The notes beneath the pieces are model-generated. The model was not told the origin of the DNA, ran no database searches, and saw only the letters and a program-made list of their open reading frames with translations. A DNA stretch of 64,000 bases from Acidimicrobiales bacterium (GTDB lineage Bacteria > Actinomycetota > Acidimicrobiia > Acidimicrobiales > GCA-2861595): positions 1,532 to 65,531 of the forward strand of contig DATAIT010000055.1 in NCBI GenBank assembly GCA_036262515.1. Reading direction: 5' to 3'. Position 1 is the stretch's first letter. Every line of letters starts with the position of its first letter. Below, piece by piece: positions 10,840-20,100 of this stretch. Made by a program: the position numbers and the translations under genes.

Positions 10840-11574
10840 TTGTCCGATGCGTCCCGGCCGCCGGCATTCCTCGTGATCTCGGTCGTGATGCCGGCGTTCA
10901 ACGAAGCCGATTTCCTCGACGCCTCCGTCCGCGACGTCGTCGCCGGGCTGGCTGCGCTCGGCCGCCGGGCCGAGGTGCTGGTGGTGGAGAACGGCTCCAC
11001 CGACGGGACCGCCTCCGTGGCCCGGAGGCTGGCCGACGAGCTCCCAGGCGTGCGGGCGTTGTCCCTCCCCGAGCCCGACTACGGCGCCGCCCTCCGGGCC
11101 GGGTTCCTGGCCGCCGAGGGCGATCTGGTGGCCAACTTCGACGTCGACTATTACGACGTGGCGTTCATCGAGCGGTGTCTCGGGCTCCTCACCGACGGGG
11201 GGCCGGTGATCGTGGTCGGCAGCAAGCGGGCGGAGGGTGCCGACGACCAGCGGGCCTGGCCCAGGCGGCTCATCACCTCAGCGTTCGCCGTCGTCCTCCG
11301 CCGAGGCTTCGGCCTCGGGGTCTCTGATACCCACGGGATGAAGATCATGCGGCGCCAACCGCTGGTCGGCGTGGTGGCGCGGTGCCGGTTCGGCACCGAC
11401 CTCTTCGACACCGAGCTCGTCCTCCGGGCCGAGCGGTCCGGGCTCGGCGTGGCCGAGGTCCCGGTGTCGGTCAGGGAGTCCCGCCCATCGAGGACGCCCA
11501 TCCTGCGGCGCGCCGTTCGAACCGTACGGGGGCTCGTCCGCCTGCGGCTGGCCCTCCGCAACGACGCCGGATGA
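10840..11574 (+). CDS. GT2-family glycosyltransferase (polyprenyl-phosphate glycosyl/mannosyl-transferase-like)
   Basis: 'ISVVMPAFNEADFL...VLVVENGSTDGT' is the GT-A DxD-type N-terminus, followed by 'ANFDVDYY'. It is divergent from manB, with only ~55 bp between the two start codons. Confidence 0.75.
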   Translation: MSDASRPPAFLVISVVMPAFNEADFLDASVRDVVAGLAALGRRAEVLVVENGSTDGTASVARRLADELPGVRALSLPEPDYGAALRAGFLAAEGDLVANFDVDYYDVAFIERCLGLLTDGGPVIVVGSKRAEGADDQRAWPRRLITSAFAVVLRRGFGLGVSDTHGMKIMRRQPLVGVVARCRFGTDLFDTELVLRAERSGLGVAEVPVSVRESRPSRTPILRRAVRTVRGLVRLRLALRNDAG

Positions 11575-14046
11575 GATCGCCCGTGGTGGCGCCGGAGGCT
11601 GCTCGCGCACTCGCATCCGGGCCACGACCACGAGGGCGAGGAGGCCGGCGGCGGTGAGGCCCATGCCGGCGTTGTCGACCGGCGTGCGGCCATAGTGCAG
11701 CTCCACGTGACGCCCGGTGGGCACGACGACCATGAGGTTGGGCGAGATCCGCCACGGCCCCTTCGCCCCCGAGGCCTGCCAGTTCGGGAAGTACGACATC
11801 TTCACGAGGATGGGCGTCCCCGGGGTGTCGACGTCGAAGGCGATCCGGTCGTCGCCCAATTCGAAGCCCGACACCGTGGCGACGGACGCCACCGGTCGGG
11901 TCGGCACCTCGGCCGCCGCCGTGCGCTCCACCCGCTTCCACCCCGGCGGGCCGCCGGCGGCCAGGTAGGTGCCCTGTCGCGCCGGGTCGAGGAACCAGGC
12001 CTCTGACACGTCGAGCCAGTCCGCCTCCTTGCCGACGTCCCGCACGACGACGGGCACGTTGGCCAACGGCTCCACAAGCTGCGAGCCCGCCACCTCGTAG
12101 ATCGACCAGCTGCGCTCGGCCTGCCCCGTGGGGTAGTTGACGGGGAAACCCTTGGTGGTCGCCACGAGCCGGAGGTCGGGGTTCTGGGCGGCCGCCGCCT
12201 TCGACTCGGCGGTGAACGCCATGTAGTACCGGCTCCCCAGCATCTGCAGGTGCCGGACGCCGGCGGCGATGTCGTAGTCCTTGTACTTCAGGCCCCGCTG
12301 CGGCCGGGACGCCTTGCGCGACAGCTCGGACGCCGACAGGAAGTGGTACGGCGTGGTGGCCGACGACTCGAAGTAGAGGCCCTCCATGGAGCCGATGCAG
12401 CCGTCGGTCCAGTACGGCAGGAGCATCAGGGCGAGGGGCGTACCCAGCTGGTCGAGCTCGGGCTCGTACTCCCAGTGGGCCCGCCCGCAGCCGATCGAAC
12501 GGCCGACGCTGGCCATCGTGTCGACGACCTCGCGGTACTCGGGATAGGAGTTCTTCCGCTCGTAGCCACTGAAGTTCCACTTCGCCCAGTCGGGCACGTA
12601 GCTGCGGTCTGTCGTCGAGTCGGGCACGAGCGGCAGCAGCTCGAGCGGCAGCCGCTCCACGAACGGGATGTGCAGCGGGATGGTGACGAAGATAAGCGTG
12701 GCGGCCAGCACCACGAGGGTCCCCGCGGCGGCGGCGTGGTCGTGGATCGCGGCCCGGGTCCGCCACGGGGACCGCACGACGCCGTCCTCGCCGACGTGGT
12801 GCTCGTCGACTGCCCGGACACCCGCCGGGACACGGCGGTCGTCCGCTCCGTCGCCGGCCCCGTCGTCCGCCTCGATCGGCCCGCCGGCCGGGCCGGCGGC
12901 GGCAACGGCGGCCGGGCCGGCGGTTGGCCATTCGAAGACGCCCCCACTCGGTCGATCATCGAGCGGCTGCTCCGCCCGCAGCACCAGGTCCCGCGCGCCG
13001 CGGGTGAGCCACATGACGAGCCAGGCCAGCGAGGCGGCGGCGATCCCGGCGAGGAGGGCCAGGCAGAGGAACCAGAACGGGAGCAGGCGCGGGTTCCAGA
13101 TCTTGCCCTGGGGCGCGAAGCGGAATCCGAGGGCGGACAGGCCGGCCATGACGGTGAGGAACGTTCCCACCCGGCACTGCCGGATCAGCGAGACCACGGC
13201 GCCGATCCCGGCCAGCAGCACCAACCAGCGCAGGTTCTCGGGCAGGAGGTTGTCGCGGTAGGTGACCATCTTCTCGTACGCCATGTCGTTCGTGTAGGGC
13301 AGGCGGACGACGAAGGGCAGCGCCCAGAAGGCGGTGAGCAGCCCGGCGAGGAGACCGACGATCATGGTGTTCGCCATGCGGCGGGTGCTCGGCCGCATGG
13401 CCACGAGCACGATTGCCCCGGCGACGGCGAAGAAGGTCGGCACCACGTGGGACAGCAGGGTCAGGGCCAGCAGCCCGCCGGCCAGCGCCCGGTGGCGGCC
13501 CGTGTCGAGCATGCGGGCGAACACGCCGAGGAACACGACGGCCAGGCTGAGGCTGATGGAGTACGAGAACTCGCCGGCGAGGGTCGAGGCGATGTTCCCG
13601 CCGTAGATGGTGAAGGTCCGGTCGAACAGGAAGGGCAGCGTGGCGACCGCCAGGCAGGCCGGCCCGGGCGTGCGCAGACCGGCCAGCTTGCCGAACCCCC
13701 ACGCCGCCACCGGCAGAGTGACCATCCCGGCCACCGCGATCAGCTTGAAGGCGACCTCGTAGGGCAGTACGAGCCCGACAATGACGATGAGCAGGCTCGG
13801 CAGCGGGAAGTAGAACGTCGGAAAGGCGAACCCGGCGTACCAGTCCGGGGCCCAGCCGGTGATGCGCCCGTGCGGCAGCAGGTGGTCCCGCATGAAGGCG
13901 GGTCCCCACACGTGCGCTCCCATGTCGCCGCCGTTGGGTGTGGTGGCCGCGAACAGCAACCTGGGCTGGAGCTGGACGAAGACGAACAGCGCCGCTCCGC
14001 CGACGGCCACCAGCGTGGCGAGCGAGGCAGCTGACGGCCGGCGCAC
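11278..14046 (-). CDS. Large polytopic membrane protein, probable GT-C-type glycosyl(mannosyl)transferase with a big extracytoplasmic domain
   Basis: 922-aa ORF. The N-terminal half has more than 10 hydrophobic helices with an early loop motif 'GGDMGAHVWGP'. The C-terminal half is a soluble domain followed by one last TM ('GMGLTAAGLLALVVVA'). The ~105-aa low-complexity tail is encoded antisense to the GT2 3' end. The functional call is inferred from topology and from the neighbouring manB and GT2. Confidence 0.55.
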   Translation of the reverse strand: MRRPSAASLATLVAVGGAALFVFVQLQPRLLFAATTPNGGDMGAHVWGPAFMRDHLLPHGRITGWAPDWYAGFAFPTFYFPLPSLLIVIVGLVLPYEVAFKLIAVAGMVTLPVAAWGFGKLAGLRTPGPACLAVATLPFLFDRTFTIYGGNIASTLAGEFSYSISLSLAVVFLGVFARMLDTGRHRALAGGLLALTLLSHVVPTFFAVAGAIVLVAMRPSTRRMANTMIVGLLAGLLTAFWALPFVVRLPYTNDMAYEKMVTYRDNLLPENLRWLVLLAGIGAVVSLIRQCRVGTFLTVMAGLSALGFRFAPQGKIWNPRLLPFWFLCLALLAGIAAASLAWLVMWLTRGARDLVLRAEQPLDDRPSGGVFEWPTAGPAAVAAAGPAGGPIEADDGAGDGADDRRVPAGVRAVDEHHVGEDGVVRSPWRTRAAIHDHAAAAGTLVVLAATLIFVTIPLHIPFVERLPLELLPLVPDSTTDRSYVPDWAKWNFSGYERKNSYPEYREVVDTMASVGRSIGCGRAHWEYEPELDQLGTPLALMLLPYWTDGCIGSMEGLYFESSATTPYHFLSASELSRKASRPQRGLKYKDYDIAAGVRHLQMLGSRYYMAFTAESKAAAAQNPDLRLVATTKGFPVNYPTGQAERSWSIYEVAGSQLVEPLANVPVVVRDVGKEADWLDVSEAWFLDPARQGTYLAAGGPPGWKRVERTAAAEVPTRPVASVATVSGFELGDDRIAFDVDTPGTPILVKMSYFPNWQASGAKGPWRISPNLMVVVPTGRHVELHYGRTPVDNAGMGLTAAGLLALVVVARMRVREQPPAPPRAISSGVVAEGQPQADEPPYGSNGAPQDGRPRWAGLPDRHRDLGHAEPGPLGPEDELGVEEVGAEPAPRHHADQRLAPHDLHPVGIRDPEAEASAEDDGER

Positions 14047-14101
14047 CGGCCCATTGTTGCCCGAACGCCGGCGGTGGCGGTGAGCGCCCCCGCCGTGTCG
14101 G

Positions 14102-14269
14102 CTAGCGCTGGGCCGCGAGCGCGAGCACGCCCGGCAGCCGCAGCGACTCGTCGCCGCTCCGCCACCAGCGGCTGTCGCAGCTCGAGCAGTTCTGCATCGT
14201 CACGGGGCGATCGGCGATCCTCAGGCTGATCTCGACCAGACCGGACTTCTTGCACTTGGGGCAGCTCAT
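14102..14269 (-). CDS. Small zinc-ribbon protein (55 aa), absent from the ORF track
   Basis: My own translation gives MSCPKCKKSGLVEISLRIADRPVTMQNCSSCDSRWWRSGDESLRLPGVLALAAQR. It has two CxxC pairs and a GGAGAG Shine-Dalgarno 9 nt upstream of the ATG. Confidence 0.55.
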   Translation of the reverse strand: MSCPKCKKSGLVEISLRIADRPVTMQNCSSCDSRWWRSGDESLRLPGVLALAAQR

Positions 14270-14378
14270 GACGCATCACTCTCCAGACGAGGGGCACCGT
14301 TGCCCGCCGTAATGATCGACCGGCCGGGGGCATCCCTTGAGGGTCAAACCGGCCCGCACGCGACATGACCCGCAATGA

Positions 14379-15107
14379 CTACCTGGTGATGAGCAGAATC
14401 ACCACGGTCGTGGCGTTGAAGGCCATGTGGGCCACGAGAGAGGGCCCCAGTCGCCCGGCCCGCTGGGCGAGCACGGCGAGGACGGCCCCGAAGGCGATGA
14501 GGCCGAGGAGCTGGACGGGTTGGAGATGGGCCAGCCCGAAGGCGACGGCGGAGAGGGCCACGGCGGCGCGGGGCTCGAAGCGCCGTTCGGCCGACCGCAG
14601 CAGGAGGCCGCGGAAGAAGAGCTCCTCCACGAGCGGCGCGACGATCACGATGCACGCCGCGATCAGGGCGATCCCGCCACCGTGGGCCACGTCGGTGACC
14701 TTCTTGGCCTCCCGGGAGACGTCGACGTTGCGGAAGAGCCAGTGCACCGGCAGGTACAGGATCGGGATCAGGACGAGCTGCGACAGCAACCCCGCCGCCA
14801 ACCCCACCGGGACGTCGCGCCACTCGACCCGGAGCCCGAAGTCGACGGCCAGGCTCCCGCTGCCCTTGCGGCGGCTGGCCCGGGCGACGGCGACCCCGAG
14901 GCCCAACCAGTTGCCGACGAAGCTTGCCGCCAAGGCCCCGACGGTGAGCACTTCGGTGCCCGTGGCCGAGACCCAGATCGACGCGAACAGGATCGACAGG
15001 AAGAAACCGGCCAGGTACCCCACCGCCGCGTCGCCCAGACCCCATCGCGCCCCCTCGGGGTGCCCGGCGGGCGGCGGCGGATCGCCGACCCCCGGTAGCT
15101 CCGTCAT
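14379..15107 (-). CDS. CPBP-family intramembrane metalloprotease (CAAX protease/Abi-like)
   Basis: Polytopic protein with the family motifs 'APLVEELFFRG', 'AFGLAH' and 'VAHMAFNA'. Confidence 0.85.
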   Translation of the reverse strand: MTELPGVGDPPPPAGHPEGARWGLGDAAVGYLAGFFLSILFASIWVSATGTEVLTVGALAASFVGNWLGLGVAVARASRRKGSGSLAVDFGLRVEWRDVPVGLAAGLLSQLVLIPILYLPVHWLFRNVDVSREAKKVTDVAHGGGIALIAACIVIVAPLVEELFFRGLLLRSAERRFEPRAAVALSAVAFGLAHLQPVQLLGLIAFGAVLAVLAQRAGRLGPSLVAHMAFNATTVVILLITR

Positions 15108-15170
15108 CCGCGGATCACGGAGCAGGCGAGGACCACGGCCGGGCAGCCTACGGCGACCGCCCCGAGGGCC

Positions 15171-15404
15171 CTAGACGGCGATGGAGGGCCGGATCGGGAT
15201 GATCGGGGTGCGACGGTCGTCGCACGCCCACCCGACCGGCACCTTGAGCGAGCCCGCATGGGTGGCGCACAGCCCCCACGCCGCCGTGGCGTCGGGCTCC
15301 TCACCAGGGCTGTCGAGCCACACGGTGCGGCTGGCGTAGTGGTAGGTCATGGTGGCGGTGGCCGACGCCGGGCACCCGGGGCGGGCGCAATGGCGGATGT
15401 CCAT
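15171..15404 (-). CDS. DUF3499-like small Cys-rich protein
   Basis: This is the last 77 aa of the artefactual 805-aa ORF: MDIRHCARPGCPASATATMTYHYASRTVWLDSPGEEPDATAAWGLCATHAGSLKVPVGWACDDRR. It fits the actinobacterial family pattern C..C...L.Y.Y......L.......DLC..H. Confidence 0.7.
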   Translation of the reverse strand: MDIRHCARPGCPASATATMTYHYASRTVWLDSPGEEPDATAAWGLCATHAGSLKVPVGWACDDRRTPIIPIRPSIAV

Positions 15405-15536
15405 GCCGATGAAGGTACCTGGCGGTGAGCCCTTTGCGGGGGACCCCTTGGCGGAATCTCGGTCTCCGCGCGCAGCCCCGCCGGGGCACCGGTCGCCATG
15501 CCGGGCAAGGACGAAGGTGGCGCCTAGCATTGTGGA

Positions 15537-17591
15537 ATGAGCCGCCAACCCGGGGACCTCCGGCCGGGCCGTCCCGAACGACCCCTGGCGCCGGGCGGGC
15601 CGGGCCAGGAGCCCACGTTCCGCTGGGCCATGATCGCCCTGTTCGCGCTCGTCGTGGCGGTGCTCGTGCTCCCGCCGCTGCTCGGGAGCGCGTCGCGGAC
15701 CGAGCTCGGCTACGGCGAGTTCCTTCGCAGGGCGGAGGAGGGCAAGGTCGCCAAGGCCGCCGTCAACAACGACACGGGCCGGATCACGGGCGACCTCAGC
15801 GACGGCACCCGCTTCACCGTCGACGGTCCGCGGCCGCTGCCCGACGCCGACTCCGCCACGCTGCGCTCCAAGATCCCGAAGCTCACCTTCGACAACTCGC
15901 AGCCCAACTTCTTCACGTCGCTGCTGCCCCTGCTGCTCCCCGTGGCCCTCCTCATCGGGTTCTTCGTCTGGATGAACAAGCGGGCCCAGGGCCAGATGTC
16001 GGGCATCATGTCCATCGGGCGCTCGAAGGCCAAGGTGTACACGACCGAGCGGCCTCGCACGACGTTCAGCGACGTGGCCGGCTACGAGGGGGTCAAGCAG
16101 GAGATCCGCGAAGTCGTCGACTTCCTCAGGTCGAAGGAGCGCTTCAAGGAGATCGGCGCCCGGATCCCCAAGGGCGTGCTGCTCGTGGGCCCGCCCGGCA
16201 CCGGCAAGACGCTGCTGGCGCGCGCCGTGGCCGGCGAAGCCGGCGTGCCGTTCCTGTCGGTCACCGGGTCCGACTTCATGGAGATGTTCGTCGGCGTCGG
16301 TGCGTCGCGGGTGCGCGACCTGTTCCAGACGGCCCGCAAGCAGGCGCCGGCCATCATCTTCGTCGACGAGGTCGACTCCATCGGTCGCAAGCGCGGGGCA
16401 GGTCTCGGTGGCGGCCACGACGAGCGCGAGCAGACGCTCAACCAGATGCTCTCGGAGATGGACGGGTTCGAGACCACCGAGGGCATCGTCATGATGGCGG
16501 CCACCAACCGGCCCGACATCCTCGACCCCGCCCTGCTGCGCCCGGGCCGCTTCGACCGCCAGATCGTGGTGCCCCTTCCCGACCTCGAAGAACGCCTTCC
16601 CATCCTCCAGGTGCACTGCAAGGACAAGCGCATCGCCCCCGACGTCGACCTCCAGGTCGTGGCCCGCGGCACGCCCGGGATGAGCGGCGCCGACCTGGCT
16701 AACCTGGTCAACGAGGCGGCCCTGCACGCCGTCCGGCGGGACTCCGACGCCGTGCACATGGAGGACTTCGAGGCGGCGCGCGACCGGGTCATCATGGGCC
16801 AGCGCCGGGAGTCCCTCGCCCTGTCCGACGAGGAGAAGGAGCGGGTCGCCTACCACGAGGGTGGGCACGCCGTGCTGGCGTATGTCCTCCCCCACGCCGA
16901 CCCGGTCCACAAGGTCACGATCCTGCCCACCGGGATGGCGCTGGGCGTCACCCAGCAGCTCCCCATGGAGGAGCGCCACATCTATCCCCGGGCCTACATC
17001 GAGGACAGCCTGGCCGTGCGGATGGGCGGCCGGGTCGCCGAGATGCTGGTGTATGGCGACCTCTCGACAGGGGCGAACAACGACCTGGTCGGCAACACGG
17101 AGCTGGCCCGCAAGATGGTCCGCGAGTGGGGGATGAGCGACCGGGTCGGTCCGATGGCATGGGGCTCCCAGGGCATGGTCTTCCTCGGTGAGGACCTGAT
17201 GCACACGCGCGACTACAGCGACGAGACCTCGCGGGTGATCGACGAGGAGGTGGAACGGATCCTCCGCGAGCAGGAGGAGCGGGCCACGACGGAGCTTTCC
17301 GGCCACCGTGGGGGGCTCGACGCAGTGGCCGCCGCCCTCCTCGAGAACGAGACCGTCGACGGCGCCGAGGTCAAGCGCCTGGTCGACGAGGCAGCCGGCC
17401 GCGAGGTCCACATGTACCCGGCCGACGAGACCGTTCCCATCTTCGCCGAACCCACGCCCGACGGCCGGCCCGACCCCGAGGCCACGCCGGCGCGCCCGCC
17501 GTCGCCGAGGGGCGCCGCCCCCGGCACGGGTGATGCCGCCCGGGCCCCGGCCGGCCGACCCGACGACGCTCCCCAGATCGTCGAGCACTGA
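15537..17591 (+). CDS. ftsH: ATP-dependent zinc metalloprotease FtsH
   Basis: 684 aa with two N-terminal TM segments. Walker A is '[22 protein letters not shown]', Walker B is 'IIFVDEVDS', the SRH is '[20 protein letters not shown]' and the zinc site is 'HEGGHAV'. Confidence 0.97.
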   Translation: MSRQPGDLRPGRPERPLAPGGPGQEPTFRWAMIALFALVVAVLVLPPLLGSASRTELGYGEFLRRAEEGKVAKAAVNNDTGRITGDLSDGTRFTVDGPRPLPDADSATLRSKIPKLTFDNSQPNFFTSLLPLLLPVALLIGFFVWMNKRAQGQMSGIMSIGRSKAKVYTTERPRTTFSDVAGYEGVKQEIREVVDFLRSKERFKEIGARIPKGVLLVGPPGTGKTLLARAVAGEAGVPFLSVTGSDFMEMFVGVGASRVRDLFQTARKQAPAIIFVDEVDSIGRKRGAGLGGGHDEREQTLNQMLSEMDGFETTEGIVMMAATNRPDILDPALLRPGRFDRQIVVPLPDLEERLPILQVHCKDKRIAPDVDLQVVARGTPGMSGADLANLVNEAALHAVRRDSDAVHMEDFEAARDRVIMGQRRESLALSDEEKERVAYHEGGHAVLAYVLPHADPVHKVTILPTGMALGVTQQLPMEERHIYPRAYIEDSLAVRMGGRVAEMLVYGDLSTGANNDLVGNTELARKMVREWGMSDRVGPMAWGSQGMVFLGEDLMHTRDYSDETSRVIDEEVERILREQEERATTELSGHRGGLDAVAAALLENETVDGAEVKRLVDEAAGREVHMYPADETVPIFAEPTPDGRPDPEATPARPPSPRGAAPGTGDAARAPAGRPDDAPQIVEH

Positions 17592-17659
17592 AGCGCGGAG
17601 CTCGGCGCGCCAGCTCCTCGGCCGGCACCCGTCGGCGCCAGCCCGGGCACCTTCTCAGA

Positions 17660-18037
17660 TCAGAGCGCAGCTGCGACGACCAGACCGGCGGCGGCCGCTG
17701 CGGCGCAGGCCACCAGGCTCACCGCCGCATTGAGGCAGCCGGCCGGTACGGCGCCGTCTTCGAGCAGGCGGATCGTCTCGACGGTGAAGGTCGAGAACGT
17801 GGTGAAGGCGCCACAGAAGCCGGTGCCGAGCACGATCCTCGGCGTCTCCGGGAGCGCGTGGTACAGGGCGGCGCCGCTCACGAGCCCGAGCACGAGCGAT
17901 CCGGTGACGTTCACCACGAGGATCCCCCACGGGATGGGGCCGGGCACGCGGTCGTGCACCACGCCGTCGAGCAGATGGCGCGCCGGGGCGCCGACGGCTC
18001 CCGCCGCGGCCAGCCCGGCCAGGACCGTTGCGCTCAC
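17660..18037 (-). CDS. crcB: Fluoride channel CrcB/FluC, second paralogue
   Basis: Starts at the GTG at 18035-18037 (VSATVLAGLAAAGAVGAPARHLL...). Motifs are 'PWGILVVNVTGSLVLG' and 'GFCGAFTTFSTF'. Its start overlaps the upstream crcB stop by 3 nt (18035-18036 plus 18037 boundary; GTGA arrangement). Confidence 0.85.
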   Translation of the reverse strand: MSATVLAGLAAAGAVGAPARHLLDGVVHDRVPGPIPWGILVVNVTGSLVLGLVSGAALYHALPETPRIVLGTGFCGAFTTFSTFTVETIRLLEDGAVPAGCLNAAVSLVACAAAAAAGLVVAAAL

Positions 18038-18507
18038 TCGGCTCCCTCGACCAGGAGAACCTCGTCGACGCCCTTGGCGTGCGCCGAGGAGCTGCGGCGG
18101 GCCACCAGCACGCCGCCCCAGGCAGCAGCGAGCCCGGCGAACACGCTGCCCAGCGCGTACACGACACCGGCGGCGGCGTGGCCGTCCTTGATGAGCAGGT
18201 CGGTGTCCACGGCCAGCGTGGAGAACGTGGTGAAGGCGCCGAGGAAGCCCGTGGCGAAGAACGGCCGGAGGTAGCGGCTGGGCGGGAAGCGGTCGATCAC
18301 CACGATCAGGAAGCATCCCAGGGCGAAGCTGCCGGACACGTTCGTCAGGAACGTCGCCCACGGGAACGCGCCGGGCGTCGGGGGGAGGAGCCGGGCGACG
18401 GCGTAGCGGGCGGGAGCACCGAGGGCGCCGCCGGCGGCGATGACGCCGAGGACGTCGAGCCGGATGCGCTCGGAACGGCGATGCGCCGGTACCCCCACGT
18501 CCTGCAT
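18034..18507 (-). CDS. crcB: Fluoride channel CrcB/FluC, first paralogue
   Basis: Starts at the ATG at 18505-18507 (MQDVGVPAHRRSERIRLDVLGVIAAGGALGAPARY...). Motifs are 'PWATFLTNVSGSFALG' and 'GFLGAFTTFSTL'. Its start codon shares one nucleotide with the DUF899 stop. Confidence 0.85.
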   Translation of the reverse strand: MQDVGVPAHRRSERIRLDVLGVIAAGGALGAPARYAVARLLPPTPGAFPWATFLTNVSGSFALGCFLIVVIDRFPPSRYLRPFFATGFLGAFTTFSTLAVDTDLLIKDGHAAAGVVYALGSVFAGLAAAWGGVLVARRSSSAHAKGVDEVLLVEGAE

Positions 18508-19250
18508 CAGGAGGCGAAATCGGGTCTGGCGGAGCGGACGTCGTCGCTGCGGCCCTTCGGCTCCTCCCAGTCCTCCTGGCGCCCCATCGCCGTGAGGTCG
18601 AGGAAGTAGTACGACCCGCCCGTCGACTCCAGCCCCCGTGCGTACTGCGAGTACGTGTGGAACACCCGGCCGTCCACCCGGAGAAAGCAGCTGCGACCGG
18701 GCATCTCGAAGGGTTGCTCGGCGTCGAAGAACGCCGAGCCCATCGCCTCGTACTCGGCTCGGGTGCGGAAGTTGTAGGCGGCCGGTCGGACGGATTCGTC
18801 GATGGTGACGCCGAAGTCGTAGTTGAAGTCGGTGCCGAAGGAGGAATACCACGGAAGGTCCCACCCCTTCGTCGCCTTCCATCTCTCGAGCTTGGCCAGA
18901 GGCGCCCGCGACACCATTGCGTAGGTGGTGTCGCGGGTGTGGAGGTGTTCCAGGAAGCCGGCGGACAGCTCGTCGGTTCCGGCAGAGCAGCTGGGGCAGC
19001 CGTCGTCCCACGCCGGATCGAACATGAAGTGGTAGACGATCAACTGTCGGCGACCCTCGAACAGGTCGGCCAGGTGCGCCGGTCCTCCGGCGCCCTCGAA
19101 GACGTACTGCTTGGTGATCTCCACCATGGGAAGGCTGCGCCGTCGCGTGTTCAGCTCGTCGCGCCGTCTGGTGAGCTCCTTCTCCTGGACCAGCAGGTCC
19201 TTTCGGGCGGTGAGCCACTCTTCCGGCGTGGCGATTCGGGGAAGGGTCAT
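18507..19250 (-). CDS. DUF899-family thioredoxin-fold protein
   Basis: ORF trimmed to MTLPRIATPEEWLTARKDLLVQEKELTRRRDELNTRRRSLPMVEITKQYVFEG... It contains 'LIVYHFMFDPAWDDGCPSCS', the typical DUF899 signature. Confidence 0.8.
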   Translation of the reverse strand: MTLPRIATPEEWLTARKDLLVQEKELTRRRDELNTRRRSLPMVEITKQYVFEGAGGPAHLADLFEGRRQLIVYHFMFDPAWDDGCPSCSAGTDELSAGFLEHLHTRDTTYAMVSRAPLAKLERWKATKGWDLPWYSSFGTDFNYDFGVTIDESVRPAAYNFRTRAEYEAMGSAFFDAEQPFEMPGRSCFLRVDGRVFHTYSQYARGLESTGGSYYFLDLTAMGRQEDWEEPKGRSDDVRSARPDFAS

Positions 19251-19422
19251 CACGCTCCTCTCGCTCTCTGGAGGTCGGTCCTGCAGCCGGCGGGCGCACC
19301 CGCCAACCCAGCGTCGCACCGCGTTCCGTGCCTCGGGCCGACCGGGACGCTACGCGCCCGTCCCGTCGCCGGGCGCCCTCGTCGCCTCGCCTCGGGCACG
19401 GCGGCGGGGACGACGTGCCACG

Positions 19423-19605
19423 ATGCGGTCCATGGTCTTCGAACAGATGTGCCCCAGGTGCGGGCGGAACTTCGACGGCGAGGACAAGGACGCGGTCGCC
19501 GATGCCGTCGCGGAGCACGCCAGAGCCGACCACCACCACGCCCTCGACAAGAACGTCGTCCTCGCCCACCTCGAACGTGTGCATCCCTACGAACGCGACG
19601 AATAG
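19423..19605 (+). CDS. Small hypothetical Cys/His-containing protein (DUF1059-like?)
   Basis: MRSMVFEQMCPRCGRNFDGEDKDAVADAVAEHARADHHHALDKNVVLAHLERVHPYERDE, with an alternative ATG at 19432. It resembles small metal-binding DUF1059 proteins, but that assignment is from memory only. Confidence 0.4.
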   Translation: MRSMVFEQMCPRCGRNFDGEDKDAVADAVAEHARADHHHALDKNVVLAHLERVHPYERDE

Positions 19606-19722
19606 CCCGGCCGGGGCGCCCCTGGCCGTCGGGCGGCGGATTCCCGGCCGTCGACTGTCGATCTGCGCGGATCCCGTTCGTCTCATCGGGGAGTCATCCG
19701 ACGAGGAGGAAGCATGAAGTAG

Positions 19723-20093
19723 GTGCAGGCCCAGATCGCGTCGCTGCACGCCGACGACCATCCCGACTGGGCGCGGATCGCCCATCTCTACGGGGAGCTC
19801 GCCGGCCTCACCGACTCGCCGGTCGTCCAGCTGAACCGTGCCGTTGCAGTGGCCGAGGCGAGGGCCCGGCGGCCGGCCTGCGCATCGTCGACGAGCTGCC
19901 TCTGGACGGCTACCGCTACCTGCACGCGACCCGAGCCGAGCTGCTGCACCGCCTCGGTCGCACGGACGAGGCGCTCGACGCCTATGACCGGGCCCTGACG
20001 CTCGTGGACGACGACGCCGAACGGCGGCTGTTCGAGCGGCGAAGGGCGGTGCTGGGCGGCGGGTCGGGCGCCGATCCTCGCCACGAGGATTGA
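19723..20093 (+). pseudogene. Remnant (C-terminal ~120 aa only, frameshifted) of an ECF-type sigma factor with a COG4941/DUF6596-like C-terminal domain
   Basis: One frame reads VQAQIASLHADDHPDWARIAHLYGELAGLTDSPVVQLNRAVAVAEA up to ~19860. Homology then continues in another frame as GPAAGLRIVDELPLDGYRYLHATRAELLHRLGRTDEALDAYDRALTLVDDDAERRLFERRRAVL, ending at 20093. No sigma2/sigma4 regions lie upstream. Confidence 0.6.
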
Positions 20094-20100
20094 GCTCCCG

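Noticed and set aside
15405-17588. 805-aa minus-strand ORF (15171-17588) opposite ftsH
   Set aside because: Apart from its last 77 aa (the DUF3499-like gene), it is a low-complexity Gly/Arg/Pro/Asp-rich translation lying exactly antisense to an unmistakable ftsH. This is the typical stop-codon-poor antisense frame of high-GC DNA.
19251-19420. Fluoride (crcB-motif) riboswitch upstream of the DUF899-crcB operon
   Set aside because: I read the minus strand and found no GAUGG...AACCGCC-like conserved core or the expected pseudoknot arrangement. I cannot run a covariance model here, so this is a provisional rejection.
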